The notes beneath the pieces are model-generated. The model did not search any database, was not told the DNA's origin, and was given only the letters and a program-made list of their open reading frames with translations. Positions 16,948-19,520 of a stretch of 19,520 nucleotides of DNA are shown here, in pieces. Position 1 is the first letter of the stretch; each line of letters opens with the position of its first letter. The DNA is from a bacterium (GTDB lineage: Bacteria > Zhuqueibacterota > Zhuqueibacteria > Oceanimicrobiales > Oceanimicrobiaceae). The position numbers were made by a program, and so were the translations under genes. The stretch is taken from NCBI GenBank assembly GCA_046757165.1, contig JBHHXT010000083.1, positions 1 to 19,520 of the forward strand, read 5' to 3'.

Positions 16948-17142
16948 CTCGACATTTATGTCGAGAAGCAAACCTCAAACCCGGCCGGCACATTAATTAT
17001 CCATAACTTACATTAAGCACAAGAAGGACTCTGGGGGGACATCCAGCAAAAATACAAAAGCTGAAAATAGTGGAACGAATGACCACTTTCTTTTCATATC
17101 CTCAACCCGGACAAGCCGGAACCCAAATAAAACTAAAAGCGA

Positions 17143-17210
17143 ACGCAAAGACGCAAAGAACACGCAAAGGTTTTTCTCTGCGATCCCTTTGCGCCTTCGC
17201 GTCTTTGCGT
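17143..17210. repeat. ACGCAAAG octamer fold-back repeat
   Basis: Three ACGCAAAG units (17143-17169) face four CTTTGCGT-like units (17176-17210). Confidence 0.8.
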
Positions 17211-17244
17211 GAGACCTTTATCTTTTGGAATCTAAAGACCCATT

Positions 17245-17399
17245 CCATTCGTGTCCATTCGTGCCAATTCGGCGTATTTCAGTGACTCAGGCCCCTTCTG
17301 TGGGAAAACTTTTAAAACCACCGAAAATCACCGAAGTCGCCGAAGGTCACCGAAAAACTGTGAGAAAAAACCTCGTGCCATTCGTGTCAATTCGTGGCT
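17245..17399. repeat. ATTCGTG and CACCGAA 9-10-bp period repeat arrays
   Basis: CCATTCGTG-like units x3 at 17245-17274, C(A/G)CCGAA x4 at 17319-17354, and TCGTG x3 at 17372-17399. Confidence 0.75.
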
Positions 17400-17452
17400 A
17401 AATAGCCTCAAGCCCGGCGTCATGAATGTCGCGTTGCGGACAGGACGAGCTT

Positions 17453-18490
17453 ATGAAAGAAAGCACTGAGATAAAACCAGTCCAGGTCGCGGGCGCTGCA
17501 AATCAAACGGACGACCAAAGCCAAAGGTCTCCTCTTCTGCTGGGCTCGCACGGGGATTCATTGCGGGAGGCGTTTGGCAAAGCCCTGGTGAAACTCGCGC
17601 CGGAATATGAGCATTTTGTTGTTCTGGACGCCGACATCGCCGGCGGCACCGGAACGCATCATTTTCGCCAGGCCTATCCCGACAGGTTCTACCAGGCTGG
17701 CATTGCGGAACAAAACATGATGGCCATGGCCGGCGGCATGGCGGCCACAGGGCTCGTTCCGTTTGTGACCACGTTTGCCGTCTTCATGCTGCGCGCCATC
17801 GAACAGGCGCGTCTCACCATCGCCTATCCCAGAATGAATGTGAAAATTGTCGCCAGCCATCCGGGATTAGATGTCGGGCCTGACGGCGCCTCGGCGCAGT
17901 GTCTGGAGGATCTGTCGGCTTACCGCGCCATTCCTGGCATGGTTGTGCTCTCTCCCTGCGACCCGCTGGAAATCGAGCTGGCGACCGAAGCCATCTTGAA
18001 CTACGATGGTCCGGTTTACATGCGCACCGGACGCAGTCCTGCGAGAAGAATCCTCGACCCGGATTATCGCTTTGCCCTGGGCAAAGGACGGGTCGTGCGC
18101 GATGGCAAAGATGTCACTATTGTGGCGTGCGGCGTCGAAGTCGGTCGCGCGCTGGATGGTGCCGAAATCCTGGCCGGCGAAGCGATCTCAGCACGGGTCG
18201 TAAACATGGCCACGATAAAACCCATCGACGAGCCGCTTCTCCTCCAGTGCGCGGAAGAGACAGGATGTTTTGTGACGGCGGAGGACCACAACATCTACGG
18301 TGGACTCGGCAGCGCCGTCGCAGAAACCTTGGGCCGCTGGCATCCCGCTCCGGTGGAATTCGTCGGCGTGCAGGATACGTTTGGCGAGTCAGGCGAGCCG
18401 GATGAGCTGGCAGAAAAGTATGGACTCACCGGCGCTGCGATTGCTGCCGCCGCAAAAAAAGCGCTGGCACGGAAAGGAAAAACGACATGA
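17453..18490 (+). CDS. Transketolase, C-terminal (pyrimidine-binding plus C-terminal) subunit
   Basis: Motifs [41 protein letters not shown] and EDH...[10 protein letters not shown] at 17453 (after CAGGA) is preferred because 17426 lies inside the repeat arm. Confidence 0.92.
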   Translation: MKESTEIKPVQVAGAANQTDDQSQRSPLLLGSHGDSLREAFGKALVKLAPEYEHFVVLDADIAGGTGTHHFRQAYPDRFYQAGIAEQNMMAMAGGMAATGLVPFVTTFAVFMLRAIEQARLTIAYPRMNVKIVASHPGLDVGPDGASAQCLEDLSAYRAIPGMVVLSPCDPLEIELATEAILNYDGPVYMRTGRSPARRILDPDYRFALGKGRVVRDGKDVTIVACGVEVGRALDGAEILAGEAISARVVNMATIKPIDEPLLLQCAEETGCFVTAEDHNIYGGLGSAVAETLGRWHPAPVEFVGVQDTFGESGEPDELAEKYGLTGAAIAAAAKKALARKGKTT

Positions 18491-19236
18491 ATCTGCAAAG
18501 AAAAGTTGCCGTCGTCACCGGCGGCAGCCGGGGCATCGGCAAAGCCATTGCCGAAACGCTGGCCAAATTGGGCGCAAAGGTCGCGTTGACTTATCACCGG
18601 CAGGCCGAACAAGCACAGGCTGTTGCTGCTGAAATCTCAGCGCAACAGCGTGAGGCATTGGCGGTGCAATTGGCGGTCGAACGACGCACAAGCGTCGAAC
18701 ACGCGCTCGCACAGATCCGACAAACGTACGGCCCGATCGATATCCTGGTCAACAATGCCGCCGTGGCGCAAGAAAAACCGTTTCACACCCTGACGGACCG
18801 CGATTGGGACAGGATGATGGCGGTGAATCTTCGGGGACCATTTGCGATCTCGCAGATGGTACTTCCTGACATGGTCGAACGAAAGTGGGGCCGAATCATC
18901 AACATCACCTCCATTGGCGGGCAGTGGGGCGGGTTCAACCAGGTCCACTATGCAGCGGCCAAGGCCGGTTTGATCAGCTTGACGCGATCGCTGGCCCGCA
19001 TCTACAGCCCGTACGGCGTCACCACCAACGCCGTGGCGCCGGGATTGGTCGGAACGGAGATGGCGCAAGACGAGCTCAACAGCGAGGCCGGTAAAGAGAA
19101 GGTGCGGTCCATCCCGAAAGGCCGCATTGCCACGGTGCAAGAAGTTGCCGACGTGGTCGCGTTTCTTGCCGGGGAAGAATCGAGCTACATGACCGGGCAG
19201 ACCCTCAACGTGAATGGCGGAATGTATTTCGGGTAA
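18487..19236 (+). CDS. Classical SDR family NAD(P)-dependent oxidoreductase (FabG-like)
   Basis: Motifs [16 protein letters not shown]...YAAAK, NAVAPG and [16 protein letters not shown] overlap with the upstream stop. Confidence 0.92.
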   Translation: MNLQRKVAVVTGGSRGIGKAIAETLAKLGAKVALTYHRQAEQAQAVAAEISAQQREALAVQLAVERRTSVEHALAQIRQTYGPIDILVNNAAVAQEKPFHTLTDRDWDRMMAVNLRGPFAISQMVLPDMVERKWGRIINITSIGGQWGGFNQVHYAAAKAGLISLTRSLARIYSPYGVTTNAVAPGLVGTEMAQDELNSEAGKEKVRSIPKGRIATVQEVADVVAFLAGEESSYMTGQTLNVNGGMYFG

Positions 19237-19289
19237 ACCCGCATGGGCCCGACGTCTGGCGTTGCCTGATTGTTTCATTGTCACACGGC

Positions 19290-19459
19290 GGGGCTGTCCC
19301 AAAAGCCCCGAAATGTCATTCCGAACGAAGGGAGGAATCTGACTGTGCACCAATCGTAGGATTTTGGAAAACGATTGTTTCCACCGCAGTACTTTGCCCT
19401 AAAAGATTTCTCGCGTTCGCTCGAAATGACAGGCACACGGGCCTTTTTTAGACAGCCCC
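19290..19459. mobile_element. MITE-like nested inverted repeat enclosing a TGTCATT(C/T)CG palindromic doublet
   Basis: Outer arms GGGGCTGTC..AAAAGCCCCG (19290-19310) and CGGGCCTTTTTTAGACAGCCCC (19438-19459). Inner arms TGTCATTCCGAACGAA..GAGGAATCT (19314-19340) and AGATTTCTC..TTCGCTCGAAATGACA (19404-19431). No convincing coding sequence. Confidence 0.6.
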
Positions 19460-19520
19460 AACCAATTTCTTATAGTATTATCAATAAAGTTTTGCAAAAG
19501 AGTGCAAAGAAAATAGAACG

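Larger units (their letters stand above)
16944..17437. repeat. GTAA-led REP-like doublet interrupted by a ~430-bp repeat-rich insert
   Basis: Left arm is GTAACTCGACATTTATGTCGAG (16944-16965) and right arm is GCGTCATGAATGTCGCGTTGC (17417-17437). Direct repeat CCTCAA(A/G)CCCGGC occurs at 16973-16985 and 17406-17418. Confidence 0.65.

Noticed and set aside
17143..17399. Possible CRISPR array
   Set aside because: Units are 7-10 bp and tandem or inverted, with no 23-50 bp repeats separated by unique spacers and no cas genes.
17070..17469. 71-72 aa ORFs between the transketolase genes
   Set aside because: Translations (NAKTQRTRK, SLRSLCAFASLR, IRVNSW) are readouts of the repeat arrays. There are no transposase or GxxExxY motifs.
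16063..18490. Transketolase as a disrupted pseudogene
   Set aside because: Both halves are complete and match the natural two-gene split transketolase architecture, each with its own start and stop.
18487..19236. Housekeeping fabG assignment
   Set aside because: SDR motifs are generic and there are no acp/fab neighbours, so only the family is supported.
134..19353. Many minus-strand and alternate-frame ORFs (e.g. 134-697, 3671-4357, 13002-13787, 15233-16006, 18637-19353)
   Set aside because: They are shadows of well-supported plus-strand genes in GC-rich DNA and have no recognisable motifs.
19460..19520. AT-rich stretch with TAGTAT/TATTAT as a possible promoter
   Set aside because: There is no convincing -35 element and the downstream gene is outside the window.

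Overview
The window holds 15 co-oriented (+ strand) genes from a bacterial surface-glycan (O-antigen/capsule/S-layer or flagellin glycan) biosynthesis locus. In order they are: an SpsF-like cytidylyltransferase fused to a PseG/SpsG-like domain, a DegT-family aminotransferase, an FAD oxidoreductase, a GT2, a half-GT9-like membrane protein, ATP-grasp 1, a Zn-finger SAM methyltransferase, ATP-grasp 2, an Fe-ADH, a Zn-ADH, a divergent DXS-like ThDP enzyme, ATP-grasp 3, a split transketolase (N and C subunits) and an SDR. This mix suggests an uncharacterised pathway to a chain-extended or branched, N-acylated sugar; that is inference. Every large intergenic gap carries small palindromic or short-period repeats of several families. 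These include GTAG-, GTAA- and GATC-led hairpins (one family shows clean compensatory changes), a repeat that supplies stop codons to two genes, a 170-bp MITE-like fold-back, and a hairpin doublet split by a ~430-bp nested insertion between the two transketolase genes. No RNA genes, CRISPR arrays or transposases were seen. Family assignments rest on motif recognition only; no searches were run.
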